Assembly (NCBI GenBank): GCA_963741205.1
Contig: CAVUHW010000008.1
Location: 160,001 to 224,000, forward strand
DNA length: 64,000 nt
Direction of reading: 5' to 3'
Source of the DNA: Nitrospirota bacterium
Lineage (GTDB): Bacteria; Nitrospirota; UBA9217
Positions 31,614-42,795 of the stretch are shown in pieces. Position numbers and translations under genes: made by a program. How positions within the stretch are numbered: the stretch's first letter is position 1; each line of letters opens with the position of its first letter. Below the pieces are notes generated by a model. The model had not been told where the DNA came from. It searched no databases and saw only the letters and a program-made list of their open reading frames with translations.

Positions 31614-32327
31614 ATGTCGAAGGTGACGGTTCTTATCCCCGCCGCAGGAACGGGAAAACGGATGGGCAAGGCGACTGCGAAACAGTTTCTGACGCTCGGT
31701 GACAAGCCGATTCTCGCGCACACCCTCCTCGCGTTCCAGCGCGCCTCGGAGATCGATGAAATCATTCCGATCCTCTCCGAGGAGGACCTGGAGACCTGCC
31801 TCGGGGAAATCATCGAAGGATACCATATCACCAAGGTAAAAACCCTCGTCGTGGGCGGTAAGGAACGGCAGGACTCGGTGATGAACGGGCTGCACAAGCT
31901 CGCGAAAGATGCGGCAATCGTTCTTGTTCATGACGGCGTGCGGCCCTTTGTGACGCCGGAGATGATCAAGGAGACCGTGGACTACGCGAAGAAAGGCGAG
32001 TGCGTGGCCGTCGGTGTGCCGATCAAGGACACCATCAAGGAAGTGAACGACAGGGGGATGGTCCGCCATACCCTGGAGCGGAGCAGGCTTTGGGCCATCC
32101 AGACACCCCAGGCCTTTCCCGTCAGGGCGCTCAAGAGGGCCTACGAGGAAGCCTCCGAACAGCGCGTATACGGCACCGACGATGCTACCATCGTCGAGAG
32201 GACGGGGGGCTCGGTCCGGGTGATCATGGGGAGCTACGAGAATATCAAGATCACGACCCCCGAAGACCTCCTGCTGGCGGAGGAAATTCTGAAAAGAAGG
32301 TACGATGCGGGTCGGCACCGGTTTTGA
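31614..32327 (+). CDS. ispD: 2-C-methyl-D-erythritol 4-phosphate cytidylyltransferase
   Basis: PAAGTGKRM, KQFL, GGKERQDSV, VHDGVRP, QTPQAF, TDDA and NIKITTPED motifs. Confidence 0.95.
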   Translation: MSKVTVLIPAAGTGKRMGKATAKQFLTLGDKPILAHTLLAFQRASEIDEIIPILSEEDLETCLGEIIEGYHITKVKTLVVGGKERQDSVMNGLHKLAKDAAIVLVHDGVRPFVTPEMIKETVDYAKKGECVAVGVPIKDTIKEVNDRGMVRHTLERSRLWAIQTPQAFPVRALKRAYEEASEQRVYGTDDATIVERTGGSVRVIMGSYENIKITTPEDLLLAEEILKRRYDAGRHRF

Positions 32328-32874
32328 CGTCCACCGCCTTGCGGGCGGCCGAAAGCTCATCATCGGCGGCGTGGACATCCCCGCCGAAGAGGGACTTCTC
32401 GGCCACTCCGATGCGGACGTTCTCCTTCACGCCGTCTGCGACGCGCTGCTCGGGGCTGCGGGCCTCGGAGATATCGGCAGGCATTTCCCGGATTCCGACC
32501 CGAAATATAAAGGCATATCCAGTCTGATCTTGTTCGAAAAAGTGCGGCGACTTCTCTCCGAAGCGGGGTTTCTCGTACACAATATCGATGCGACCATTGT
32601 CGCGGAGAAGCCTAGAATGGCGCCCCACATCCCGGCAATGGTGGCGAACATCGCCGCGGCGGCCGGCGTGGTCCGGTCGGCGGTCAACGTGAAGGCAACA
32701 ACGACCGAAGGGCTCGGTTACACCGGCAGGGGCGAGGGAATGGCTGCTTATGCCGTCTGCACGATTCGGGAGAGTGGAGTAAATGATGAAGCCGGGTATT
32801 CTTTTGGCGGTTGTCCTTTTGGCGTCAGCGCTGCCGGTTTTTGCGCAAACGGGCGGCAACGCGGGCGGGGTTGA
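32305..32874 (+). CDS. ispF: MEcDP synthase (true stop probably near 32783)
   Basis: GTGFDVH, GHSDADVLLHA, GDIGRHFPD and NVKATTTEGLG motifs. Confidence 0.95.
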   Translation: MRVGTGFDVHRLAGGRKLIIGGVDIPAEEGLLGHSDADVLLHAVCDALLGAAGLGDIGRHFPDSDPKYKGISSLILFEKVRRLLSEAGFLVHNIDATIVAEKPRMAPHIPAMVANIAAAAGVVRSAVNVKATTTEGLGYTGRGEGMAAYAVCTIRESGVNDEAGYSFGGCPFGVSAAGFCANGRQRGRG

Positions 32875-33359
32875 AGAGAAACAGACATATATATACCAGT
32901 GGACGGACGGCCAGGGCGTCGTGCACATTACCGACGGACTGGACAAGGTCCCGAATCAATACCGGAATGATGCGCGGCGGCTCGAATCCGTTCCCGAAGA
33001 GGGAGCGGCGCCGAACCGGCCGGGCCAGCAGGGCGTTTCCTCTCCGGCGGGCAACGGGGAGGAACAGCGAGCGGCGGAGCAAAAGGCCATGTGGCAGCAG
33101 CGCAAGAGCGCGGCAAAACAAAAGCTCGCCGCCGCTGAACAGCGTTACCATGAGATCGATCAAAGACGAACGGCCATGCTGGGGCAATGGGGGACTCCGG
33201 CCTATGCGCCGCCCGCGGCCAGGATCGAGGCGGACCGGCTCGCGGGAGAGATAGCAGAGCGTTCAGCAGGAAATCGATGACGCACGGAACCAGTTGGAGG
33301 TCGTGATCCCGGAAGAGGCGCGGAAGGCCGGCGTGCCGCCTGGCTGGCTGAGAGAGTGA
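32783..33359 (+). CDS. DUF4124-type exported protein (indel near 33260)
   Basis: Signal peptide; [14 protein letters not shown]; coiled coil; ends [15 protein letters not shown] in the shifted frame. Confidence 0.7.
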
Positions 33360-33453
33360 TCGCGATATGCGGATTTCACCCTGCACTCGCGCGAAGCACA
33401 CCCGTGCATTCGCGCAAGAACTACATAATCGCTGGGTACTTTCCACTGGCGAG

Positions 33454-33518
33454 ATTGTGGAATGCGGAGTGCAAACGAGTTTTCCGGTCCGCAATCCGCA
33501 CTCCGCAATCCGAAATTG
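33454..33518. repeat. 7-bp-periodic inverted element before cysE
   Basis: ATTGTGGAATGCGGAGTGC ... TCCGCAATCCGCACTCCGCAATCCGAAAT. Confidence 0.65.
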
Positions 33519-33523
33519 AAACT

Positions 33524-34204
33524 ATGATCGATACCTGTCGCAAGATCAGCAAGGATTTTCACGCGGCCCTCTCCATGGACCCCGCCGCGACGAGCAGGGT
33601 GGAGGTGGCCCTTACCTATGCGGGGTTTCACTCGCTCCTGTTCTACCGGTTCGCGCACTGGCTCTGGAAATACCGCATCCCCTTCATCCCCCGCGCTTTG
33701 TCGCAGTTCGCGCGGTTCTTAACGGGCATCGAGATCCACCCGGGCGCCTCCATCGGGTCGGGGTTGTTCATCGACCACGGGATGGGCGTGGTGATCGGCG
33801 AGACCGCGGAAATCGGGGACAATGTCACCCTTTTTCAGGGCGTCACGCTCGGGGGGACCGGCAAGCAACGGGGGAAACGCCACCCGACCCTCGGGAGCCA
33901 CGTGGTAGTGGGCGCGGGCGCCAAGGTTCTTGGCCCCATAAACATCGGCGACTACGTGAAGATCGGCGCGAACTCGGTCGTGCTGCAGGACGTGCCGGAC
34001 CATTCGACCGTGGTCGGCATTCCCGGCAGGATCGTACGCATCAAGGACGAGCGTGTGCCCGATGAAGCGCTCCTCGATCACATTCATATCCCGGACCCCA
34101 TCGCCGACCGTCTCATCGACCTGCAGCTTCAGATCGACACGCTCAAGACGGAATTGGAGAAATTACAAGGAGAAGCACGAGAAGAAGGCGCGAGAAAAAG
34201 ATAA
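33524..34204 (+). CDS. cysE: serine O-acetyltransferase
   Basis: [41 protein letters not shown] and IGANSVV motifs. Confidence 0.95.
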   Translation: MIDTCRKISKDFHAALSMDPAATSRVEVALTYAGFHSLLFYRFAHWLWKYRIPFIPRALSQFARFLTGIEIHPGASIGSGLFIDHGMGVVIGETAEIGDNVTLFQGVTLGGTGKQRGKRHPTLGSHVVVGAGAKVLGPINIGDYVKIGANSVVLQDVPDHSTVVGIPGRIVRIKDERVPDEALLDHIHIPDPIADRLIDLQLQIDTLKTELEKLQGEAREEGARKR

Positions 34205-34518
34205 AGGCAGCGTCTCAACCTTCCTTTCTCATCTCACCCGCCCGGCTTCCGATTGCCGCGTCCCGCACCCTCATCCCGCGTGCCGGACGTCTCATGATTT
34301 TTTTCGAGATCATCAATTGATTATTTACGAATTCGTTCTAAAATAGTACTATGTGATAGTATTGAGAATCATGTAAAGACATCAACCGGCGATTCTGTCC
34401 TCGGGAAAATATCGGTATGAAAGAGGAAAAATCGGGGATGAAGGCAAGAGGAGAAAAAATGAGCGTTCCGTTCTTGAGCATGGTGATCAGCGACGGAAAC
34501 CAAAGACGGACCGCGACC

Positions 34519-34983
34519 ATGAGGCGAAGACTCTCCCTCATGCTTATCGGCCTTTTAGCGGCAACATTGGCGTCAGCCCAGCCGTCGATTGCCGCGCTCG
34601 GCGAACCCGCCGATTCGGTCGCTGCGGACCGCAAGGCCATGTCGGCCTCGCGGGGGAATACAACGGTCCACACGGGCTATACGGTTGAAACGGTCGTGTC
34701 CGACTCCGTCACGGTCCGTGAATATATTTCCCCGGCCGGCATAGTATTCGGGGTCGCCTGGAACGGACTGACGCACCCCGATCTGACGCCGCTGCTCGGC
34801 TCTTATGCCGGCGAATATGATGACGCCCTGCAGCAGACACCTCGCAAGCATGGCCGCAAACATTTTGAGGTCAAGACGAACCGGATCGTCGTAGAAAAAT
34901 GGGGGCATATGCGGAACTTGCAGGGACGCGCCTATGCAAAGTCCTTGATCCCCCCGGGAGTAAGCATCGATGAAATCAAGTAA
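34519..34983 (+). CDS. DUF2844 family exported protein
   Basis: Signal peptide; AALG, VREY..GIVFGVAW, PDL..LLGSY, GHMR..GRAY and PPGV motifs; overlaps the DUF3443 gene start. Confidence 0.8.
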   Translation: MRRRLSLMLIGLLAATLASAQPSIAALGEPADSVAADRKAMSASRGNTTVHTGYTVETVVSDSVTVREYISPAGIVFGVAWNGLTHPDLTPLLGSYAGEYDDALQQTPRKHGRKHFEVKTNRIVVEKWGHMRNLQGRAYAKSLIPPGVSIDEIK

Positions 34984-36459
34984 GATAGCTCTTCTTTTTT
35001 TGGTCCTTGCGCTGACGGCCGGATGCGGAGGAGGCGGGTCCAGCGGCGGATCAGGCGGCTCGACAACGACACTCGTATCCATTGCGGTGACGCCTGATAA
35101 CCCCTTCGTTGCCCCGGGAACGACAGCACAATTCATCGCCACGGGTGTTTATTCGGACAACTCGACGAAGAACCTGACCACATCAGTGATCTGGAGTTCC
35201 GCCACGCTGTCAGTCGCTATAATCAGCAATGCGACGGGCTCCCAGGGATCGGCTACATCGATCTCCACGGGAATAACGGCAATTACGGCTGTGTCGGGGG
35301 GCGTCTTAGGATCCACCTTGATGACGGTTACCGAGGGCGGAACCACGGTCGGAGCGGTGAAAAACGTGCTTCCCATCACGGTGAACGGATCGCTCTGCTC
35401 GGCAAACACTAGCGCCGGATACTTCAACAAGCCATGTGTCAGCGTTAAGATCTGCGCCCCCGGATCTACCACAGCCTGTCAGACGATCAATGACATCCTG
35501 CTGGATACCGGCAGTTACGGTTTGCGGATCTTCGCGCAGGCCTTGATTGTTTCTCTTCCGCCGGTTACCGCCGGGTCCGGCGTGCTCGCCGAGTGCGTCA
35601 GCTTCGCGGACGGCACGACGGATTGGGGGCCCGTTCGTTTGGCCAGGGTGATTCTGGGGAACGAGCCCGCGGTACAGGTCCCGATCCAGGTAATCGACGC
35701 GACGTTCGCCGCCGTTCGCCCGCCGTGCCCAAATCCCGAAACAAGTCCGGCATCCGCAGGTTTGAACGGCATTTTAGGGGTAGGACTCTTTAGGGAGGAC
35801 TGCGGCTCGGGATGCGCTAACAGAGTGCTTAACGGGGTCTATTTTTCCTGCAGCGGTGCGACCTGCCAGGGGACTACAGTCGCCTTGAGCAACCAGGTGC
35901 AGAATCCGGCGGCCGCTCTCCCTCCGCCGGACAATAACGGCGTTATCGTGCAGCTTCCGGGCGTTCCCGTTGGCGGGACGCCGTCAGTCAACGGCAACCT
36001 TGTGTTTGGGATAGGCACCCAGGCCAACAACGTAGTTCCCACCAATATCACAAGGTACGACACTAACCAGTTCGGGGAAATCGTCACAAGTTTTAACGGC
36101 ATCGTCTATTCTCACAGCATTATCGACAGCGGTTCGAACGGACTGTTTTTTACCCCGCCCCCGTCGGGACTGCCGAACTGCACGCCTCCCAACGACAGCT
36201 GGTTCTGTCCTGACATCCAGCGCGACCTTCACCGCGATCAATACGGCCGCATCGGGCTCGCCGAGCGGCACCGGTCCCATTCCAGATAAGCAACTTTGTG
36301 GGCCTTTCCAGAACACCCAACGCCGTATTCGTCGAAATCGGCGGGTCTGCGCCGGGCCTGTTCGATTGGGGGCTTCCGTTTTATCTGGGACGAGATGTCT
36401 ATGTGGGGTTTGAAGGAAAGTCGTCGAGCCTGGGCAGCGGACCTTATTTTGCGTACTGA
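34970..36459 (+). CDS. DUF3443 family lipoprotein with an Ig-like (Big_2) domain (indel near 36220)
   Basis: Lipobox LTAGC then GGGG; SIAVTP..QFIATGVYSD Ig repeat; VSVKICAPG, LLDTGSYGLR, DNNG, IDSGSNG and FDWGLPF motifs. Confidence 0.82.
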
Positions 36460-36592
36460 TGACGTGTTGTCGTAAAAGCCGCTAGCCGATCACAACGCAG
36501 CCCTGAAAGAGTGCGGCTACCTTCTTGAGCGAACGTAGCATGTTGACAGCCATCCCGCCGAGCGGGGCGCGAAAGAGATCGCAACGGTCATG

Positions 36593-37012
36593 TTATTCCT
36601 CGATAATTTTGTAGCTGTGCGTGATCGTTCCCGCCTTGGCGAGCGTTGCGCCCACGGAGCAGTATTTATCGAGGGACAATGCAATGGCTCGTTCCACCGC
36701 TTCTTTCTCAACACCCTTGCCCTTCACCAGGTATTCTATGTGAACCTTCCGGTAAATCTTCGGGTACTCGTCGGTCAGTTCTCCTTTGACGCTGATCTCG
36801 AGACCGGCGACCGGCTGGCGCTTTTTCCTCAGGATGGAGATAACGTCCATGCCAGAACAGCCTCCGAAGCCGACGAGGAGCAGTTCCATGGGGCGAAACC
36901 CCGCGTTGTGACCGCCCGAAACATCATCGGCGTCCATGGTGAGCACATGACCTGACGTCGCCTTCCCGTCAAACACCATATCCTTAATGAGCGTAACCTT
37001 TGCTTCAACCAT
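36593..37012 (-). CDS. OsmC/YhfA family protein
   Basis: RPMELLL, GGCSGMDV and LSLDKYCSV motifs. Confidence 0.88.
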   Translation of the reverse strand: MVEAKVTLIKDMVFDGKATSGHVLTMDADDVSGGHNAGFRPMELLLVGFGGCSGMDVISILRKKRQPVAGLEISVKGELTDEYPKIYRKVHIEYLVKGKGVEKEAVERAIALSLDKYCSVGATLAKAGTITHSYKIIEE

Positions 37013-37297
37013 AGTCAATTCCCCCTCTTTCGTGGACTATTTCGTAATTTTCAACATGGTATCAGAAAGTTCATGCACCTGTCAACCGGGCAAGGCTGTT
37101 TGTAAAAAGGCGTGACGGGGCAGGCAGCTACTTTTCTAATTAATAGAAGTTTTAAACTTATAAATATATTTCGGTCCCGCAGGGCAGAGAGCAATCAGTT
37201 TTGCTATAATGATGTTTTTAACTGCTCTTTAACTGCTATAGTGATGTTCTAAACAGTGATAATTTCCAACGGTTATAGTGCAATTAGTTTTTTTTAT

Positions 37298-37326
37298 TTG
37301 ACTAAAACAACGAGTACTCATACAAT
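37298..37326 (+). promoter_or_regulatory. sigma70-type promoter of the dsr cluster
   Basis: TTGACT, 17 nt spacer, TACAAT, in an AT-rich region about 250 bp before dsrA. Confidence 0.65.
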
Positions 37327-37576
37327 CTTGTGTCTTAACATCTATTAAAGCCATAACATTATCGGTGAGATGTTTCAGACCCGCCCACCTCATTATTAAA
37401 AATTAAAACCGCCTTAAAGAGAAAGGGGGGCCATACAAGTAAATTGATGAAGCGCAGCCCCCTTGGTTCCAGACGGCTGCGGATTCAGGAGAGCAGTTGT
37501 TTCTTTCGGAAGCGTATATGAGTCCGATGACATGTACAGTCGCAGGTGACATAATTTTATAAGGAGGATTATCTAC

Positions 37577-38756
37577 ATGAGCACAGATGGTAAGACACCG
37601 ATGCTTGACGAACTGGAAAAAGGCGCGTGGCCGAGTTTCGTAAAAGAGATCAAAAAGGCCGCAAAGAGGACTGATACGGCGAAAGATCTTCTCAACATCC
37701 TTGAGAGATCATACAGGGATAAAGTTACCCACTGGAAGCACGGCGGCATCGTGGGCGTCCTTGGTTACGGCGGCGGCGTTATCGGCCGTTACTGTGACCT
37801 TCCCCAGGAATATCCTGGCGTTGCTCACTTCCACACTGTTCGTATCAACCAGCCTGCCGGATTCTACTATACGGCGAGTGCGCTCCGTGAGCTTATGGAT
37901 ATCTGGGACAAATACGGCAGCGGCATGACCAACATGCACGGATCAACAGGCGACCTGGTCCTCCTCGGCACGCAGACCGACAAGCTCGAGACCATCTTTG
38001 CGGAAACAACGGCAAAGGGCTGGGACCTCGGCGGCTCCGGTTCTTGCCTCCGTACCCCGAGCTGCTGCGTCGGTAATTCCCGTTGCGAGTTCTCGAATAT
38101 CGACACGATGGAAATCTGCGATACACTCACCCACAAGTTCCAGGATGAGCTTCATCGTCCCGCGTTCCCCTACAAGTTCAAGATCAAGGTTTCGGGCTGC
38201 GCCAACGACTGCGTGGCTTCCATTGCCCGCGCCGACCTGTCCATCATCGGCACCTGGCGCGACACCATCCGTATCGATCCAGGCCGAGGTGAAGAACTGC
38301 GCCAAGGACATGGACATCAAGACCGAAGTGATCGATATGTGCCCGACCAAGTGCATGAGCTGGGACGGCAGCACCCTCAAGATCAACGACAAGGATTGCA
38401 ATCGCTGCATGAACTGCATCAACCGCATGCCCAAGGCGCTGCGCCCCGGCAAAGAAAAAGGCGCGACCATCATGCTCGGCGGCAAGGCCCCGATCGTGAC
38501 CGGCGCTCTCATGAGCTGGGTCATCGTTCCCTTCATGAAACTTGAAAAGCCGTACGATAATCTGGAAGAACTCATCCGCAAGCTCTGGGAATGGTGGGAT
38601 GATCACGGCAAGAACCGCGAGCGTATCGGCGAGCTCGTCGACCGTTTGGGCATGAAGTCCATGCTCGATGCAACCGGTCTCCCGGCAGTACCGCAGATGG
38701 TGAAAGCCCCCAGGTCGAACCCGTACGTATTCTGGTCACCGGAAGACGTGAAATAA
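37577..38756 (+). CDS. dsrA: dissimilatory sulfite reductase alpha subunit (indel near 38280)
   Basis: [78 protein letters not shown] and RERIGE motifs. Confidence 0.98.
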
Positions 38757-38778
38757 CTTTACAGGAGGAAAACTTAAA

Positions 38779-39852
38779 ATGGCTGACAAACCGAAAAGAA
38801 TAACAGATATTGGAGCTCCTCACTTTAGCAAATTTCTGCCTCCCGTGATCGCAAAGAACTACGGGAAATGGAAGTACCATGAAATCATCAACAAAGGCGC
38901 GATGAAGCATGTTTCCGAGACCGGCGACGAGCTCTATACGGTTCGTATGGCATCACCCCGTCTCGTGAGCACCGATTTTATCCGCGAGGTATGCGATCTT
39001 GCCGAGAAGTTCTCGGGCGGGCATCTGCGCTTCACGACGCGTAACAACATCGAGTTCTTCCCTGCCAAAGCGCAGGTGGAACCGCTCCAGGCCGAGCTCA
39101 AGAAGCGCGGCCACCTGGTCGGCGGCATCGGCTACGGCATCAGCAACGTGGTCCATACCCAGGGCTGGGTGCATTGCCATACCCCGGCAACGGACGCCTC
39201 CGGCGTCGTGAAAGCGGTCATGGATGAGCTCCATGAGTATTTCACCACGAAGACTCTGCCGGCGCGCGTCAGGATCGCGCTGGCCTGCTGCCTGAATATG
39301 TGCGGCGCGGTGCACTGCTCCGATATTGCCATCCTCGGCATTCACCGCAAGCCCCCGAAGGTCAACGAGGCAACGATCGGGAACCAGTGCGAAATCCCCA
39401 CGACCATCGCGTCGTGCCCCACGGGCGCCATCAGCCCGAACCCGGCCGCGAAGTCGGTGAAGATCAAGGAAGAGCGCTGCATGTACTGCGGCAACTGCTA
39501 CACGATGTGCCCGTCTCTCCCGCTCGCTGATGCGACCGGTGACGGCATCTCGATCTGGGTCGGCGGCAAGGTGTCGAACGCACGCGGCCCGGCCCGTATG
39601 TCCAAGCTGGCCATTCCGTTCCTCCCGAACAATCCTCCGCGGTGGCCGGAAGTCGTGAAGGCAGTGAAGCACCTGGTCGAGGTCTACGCCAAGGACGCAC
39701 GCAAGCATGAGCGTGTGGGCGAGTGGATCGAGCGCATAGGCTGGGAGCGCTTCTTCAAGATAACAGGCATAGCGTTCACTCAGATGCATATCGACGATTT
39801 CACCTTTGCGCGCGATACGTTCAGAATGACCCCGACCTTCAAGTGGGAATAG
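38779..39852 (+). CDS. dsrB: dissimilatory sulfite reductase beta subunit
   Basis: [61 protein letters not shown] and PPRWP motifs. Confidence 0.98.
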   Translation: MADKPKRITDIGAPHFSKFLPPVIAKNYGKWKYHEIINKGAMKHVSETGDELYTVRMASPRLVSTDFIREVCDLAEKFSGGHLRFTTRNNIEFFPAKAQVEPLQAELKKRGHLVGGIGYGISNVVHTQGWVHCHTPATDASGVVKAVMDELHEYFTTKTLPARVRIALACCLNMCGAVHCSDIAILGIHRKPPKVNEATIGNQCEIPTTIASCPTGAISPNPAAKSVKIKEERCMYCGNCYTMCPSLPLADATGDGISIWVGGKVSNARGPARMSKLAIPFLPNNPPRWPEVVKAVKHLVEVYAKDARKHERVGEWIERIGWERFFKITGIAFTQMHIDDFTFARDTFRMTPTFKWE

Positions 39853-39867
39853 TGGAATAACGTCATG

Positions 39868-39898
39868 CCGGCCCCGGTCATGGACCGGGGCCGGTTTT
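39868..39898 (+). terminator. strong hairpin with T run between dsrB and dsrD
   Basis: CCGGCCCCGGTC-ATG-GACCGGGGCCGG-TTTT. Confidence 0.65.
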
Positions 39899-39934
39899 AT
39901 GGCGATCTGAGCGACCTAAATGGAGGGGACGAAT

Positions 39935-40171
39935 ATGGATGCTGAAGAACTGCAGAAAAAAGTATATGCGCTGGTAGAAAAGAGCCAGGGCAAAAAGAAG
40001 CTGAAACCCAAGGACATCAGCAATGCCATGGAGGCCGAAGGCGCGACGCAGGCTGAGGTCAAAGCCGCGCTCCGCGTGCTGATAGACGGCGGCAAACTGG
40101 TGTATTCGTATTTCGGCGGAACCGCCGTAGAGATCCCGCACACGGAAGGTTCGGCCAATCCGCAATCCTAA
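39935..40171 (+). CDS. dsrD: DsrD, activator of DsrAB
   Basis: 78-aa basic winged-helix-like protein directly after dsrB: KKKLKPKDI..VKAALRVLIDGGKLVYSYFGG; RBS GGAGG at 39922. Confidence 0.8.
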   Translation: MDAEELQKKVYALVEKSQGKKKLKPKDISNAMEAEGATQAEVKAALRVLIDGGKLVYSYFGGTAVEIPHTEGSANPQS

Positions 40172-41584
40172 TGCAGAGTGTTCCGAGGCTGGTGCTTTCA
40201 GCCACGAGGGGAGGGCTGGGCAAGACCACCCTTTCGCTCGGCATTATCGCTGCCTGGCGGAACAGAGGCAGGCAGGTTGCGGTTTTTAAAAAGGGACCGG
40301 ATTTTATCGACGCGGGCTGGCTCGGGGTTGCGGCAGGCAGGCCGTGCTATAATCTCGATCTTTTCATGATGGATCAGGAAAGCATCCGGCGGTCCTTCGT
40401 GGACCACACAGCGCGCATGGATGCCGCCGTGATCGAGGGGAACAGGGGCCTCTATGACGGCGTGGACGAGTCCGGGGCATTACAGTACGGCACGGCTTGC
40501 AAACCTGCTCGGGGCCCCCGTGGCGCTCATCGTCGATTGCACCAAGGCGACGAGCACCGTAGCGGCTCTGGTGCTCGGATGCAGGCAGTATGATCCCGAG
40601 GTCAATCTGGGCGGGGTCATTCTCAATAATGTTTCATCAGGACGTCATGAAAACGTCATTCGAAAGGCGATAGCGAAGAGCAGCGGACTTCCGGTGCTCG
40701 GTGCGGTGCCCCGACAGCGGGGCGGAGAATTTCCTGAACGGCACATGGGGTTGACGCCGTTCCATGAACATCCGGAAGTTGGACAGGCGCTCCAGGGGGC
40801 CGCGACGCTCGTCGAACGTTACCTTGACCTTGATGCACTCTGGACCGCTGGCCGGCTCCGTTCCCGAGATTGCTGTGACGCCGACCGAAGCATTCGGTTC
40901 CCGATCCTGATCAAGGCGAGCCGGTCGTTATCGGAGTGATCAGGGACAAGGCGTTTCAGTTTTACTATCCCGATAACCTGGAAGAGCTTGAACGGCACGG
41001 CGCTGTGCTCCGGGAAATCAATGCACTCCGGGACCGTGCACTACCCGAAGATATCGACGCTCTTTATATCGGAGGCGGCTTTCCTGAAACGCAGGCCGCC
41101 GAGCTGGCAGCGAATGAAAGCTTCTGCAGATCGGTCGAAAGCGGCGGCGGAAAACGGTCTTCCCATATATGCGGAATGCGGGGGGCTCATCTATCTCGGC
41201 CGCAGCCTTTCTGTCGGAGAGAAGCGATATCCCATGACCGCAGTATTGCCGGTGGACTTTGTCCTGGAAAAGCGTCCGCAGGCGCACGGGTATACCGTCC
41301 TGGAATCGGGCGGCTCAAGCCTCTTCCTTGATAAAGGGATCAGCATACGCGGGCATGAGTTTCATTATTCCCGGATTTCGCATATTGACGGATCGTTGTC
41401 GATGGCGTATGATGTGCAGCGCGGCTTCGGGATCGACGGCAAGAGCGATGGTATCCTCTACAAGAACGTCGCGGCATCCTACACGCACATTCATGCCCTG
41501 GCCACGCCGCAGTGGGCTCCGGCCATGGTGCGGAAGGCCCGTGAGCACCACGGGCACTGGCAGCGGGCAGAGAAAGCAGGTTAG
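40171..41584 (+). CDS. dsrN: siroheme amidase DsrN (cobyrinate a,c-diamide synthase family; indels)
   Basis: GGLGKTT, FKKGPDFID, IEGNRGLYDG, ERHMGL, AFQFYY, GGGFPE, YAECGG and RGHEFHYS motifs; lies inside the dsr cluster. Confidence 0.9.
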
Positions 41585-41587
41585 CCG

Positions 41588-41950
41588 TTGAGGTCAGGAA
41601 GCAGAGAAGGTCTTGAGCCGGTCTGTCCGTTTTGTCATACCAAGTTCGACCGCCCGACGACTCTTGTTCTCAATGCCATGGAAAGCGTGCTGGGCGGCGC
41701 CTGCGGCGCCTGCGGCGCGATCTACATCGTAGATCCGACGAGCAAGAACGTGGGAGAAGTAATGATGCAGGCCCTCGGCATTGCGGCACAGAAACTGTCG
41801 AAAGACCTGTCCGAGCTGGTTGCCGAAGAAGATTACGAAGATGCGGTGTTGAATTACGACATCGCGGACACACCGCTCAACCGGCGTCAGCCGCGGTTTT
41901 ATGGATAATTACGGACGACTGTATTTTTTGAAAGTGAAACGGAAACCTGA
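41588..41950 (+). CDS. hypothetical Cys-rich protein (CPFC..CGACGAIY), DVU0298-like domain (indel near the 3' end)
   Basis: PVCPFC..GACGACGAIYIVDPTSKNVGEVMMQAL..EDY; between dsrN and dsrC. The family name is from recall only. Confidence 0.6.
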
Positions 41951-42071
41951 ATGACAGTTGCCTGTCCGGTTTTCTGACGATGCCAAAACAAGTTGCGAGG
42001 GAAGAGACAGGGAACAATAATAGGGGAGCTCACGAGGCACCCGAACATATCAATGAAAGGGGACAGAAACG

Positions 42072-42407
42072 ATGGGAACGATTTCGGTAAAAGGTAAGAC
42101 GATTGAAGTGGATGAGGACGGGTTCCTGGCCAATTTGGACGACTGGAGCATGGATGTCGCCAACTATTTTGCGGAGGTCGAAGGAATCGAGATGAGCCAG
42201 CAGCACTGGGAAGTCGTGAATTTCCTCCGCGACTACTACAAGCAGTATCAGATCGCGCCGATGATCAAGATCCTCGTGAAGGAAATCGGCAAGAAGCTCG
42301 GGCCCGACAAGGGCAACACCAAATATCTCTATGAGCTTTATCCGGGCGGTCCGGCGAAACAGGCATGTAAAATCGCAGGCCTTCCGAAGCCGACCGGCTG
42401 CGTATAG
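42072..42407 (+). CDS. dsrC: DsrC sulfur carrier
   Basis: VDEDGFL, HWEVVNFLRDYY, YLYELYPGGPAKQACKIAGLPKPTGCV with both C-terminal cysteines (Cx10C). Confidence 0.95.
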   Translation: MGTISVKGKTIEVDEDGFLANLDDWSMDVANYFAEVEGIEMSQQHWEVVNFLRDYYKQYQIAPMIKILVKEIGKKLGPDKGNTKYLYELYPGGPAKQACKIAGLPKPTGCV

Positions 42408-42609
42408 TTTTTTTGGATTCAAGATTCCGCAGCGAGACGCGACGCCACGGAGAAGTGTGGGGTTTCAGGGCCGGGCAGCACGTGCTGAGCGTATGCATGC
42501 CGCGAGACGAAGCTCGTCCGCGTATGTAACGGCGGCAGCGTCCCCGGTCTGCCAGGGAGCAGCGCAAGCAGAGCGCGTGCAGATTCACGGCAAGGAGGAA
42601 GTAACCGCC

Positions 42610-42795
42610 ATGTACATGGTTACAGTTGACAAAAATAAGTGCGACGGCGACGGCACATGCGTCAATGTTTGCCCGCAGTCAGTGTTCCAACTGGAGGGCG
42701 GCAAGGCCGAACCGGTGAACATGTCCGAATGCATCAACTGTCTTACCTGCGTGGAGAACTGCCCGCAGCAGGCAATCACGGTTACCGAAATTTAA
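42610..42795 (+). CDS. dicluster ferredoxin, copy 1
   Basis: 61 aa; CDGDGTCVNVCP and CINCLTCVENCP; RBS AAGGAGG. Confidence 0.92.
   Translation: MYMVTVDKNKCDGDGTCVNVCPQSVFQLEGGKAEPVNMSECINCLTCVENCPQQAITVTEI

Noticed and set aside
33356-33523. N-terminal extension of CysE in the ORF track
   Set aside because: It is read-through across the heptamer repeat element. Homology starts at ATG 33524.
37029-37047. Rex-like operator TTCGTGGACTATTTCGTAA near osmC/dsrA
   Set aside because: The right half-site is too degenerate to call without a PWM scan.
38270-38290. Programmed frameshift or split gene in dsrA (and similar breaks elsewhere)
   Set aside because: There is no slippery site or stimulator, and indels are spread across many unrelated genes, consistent with read error.
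42072-42407. Calling this protein TusE rather than DsrC
   Set aside because: Both conserved C-terminal cysteines (Cx10C) are present, and it lies inside a dsr cluster.
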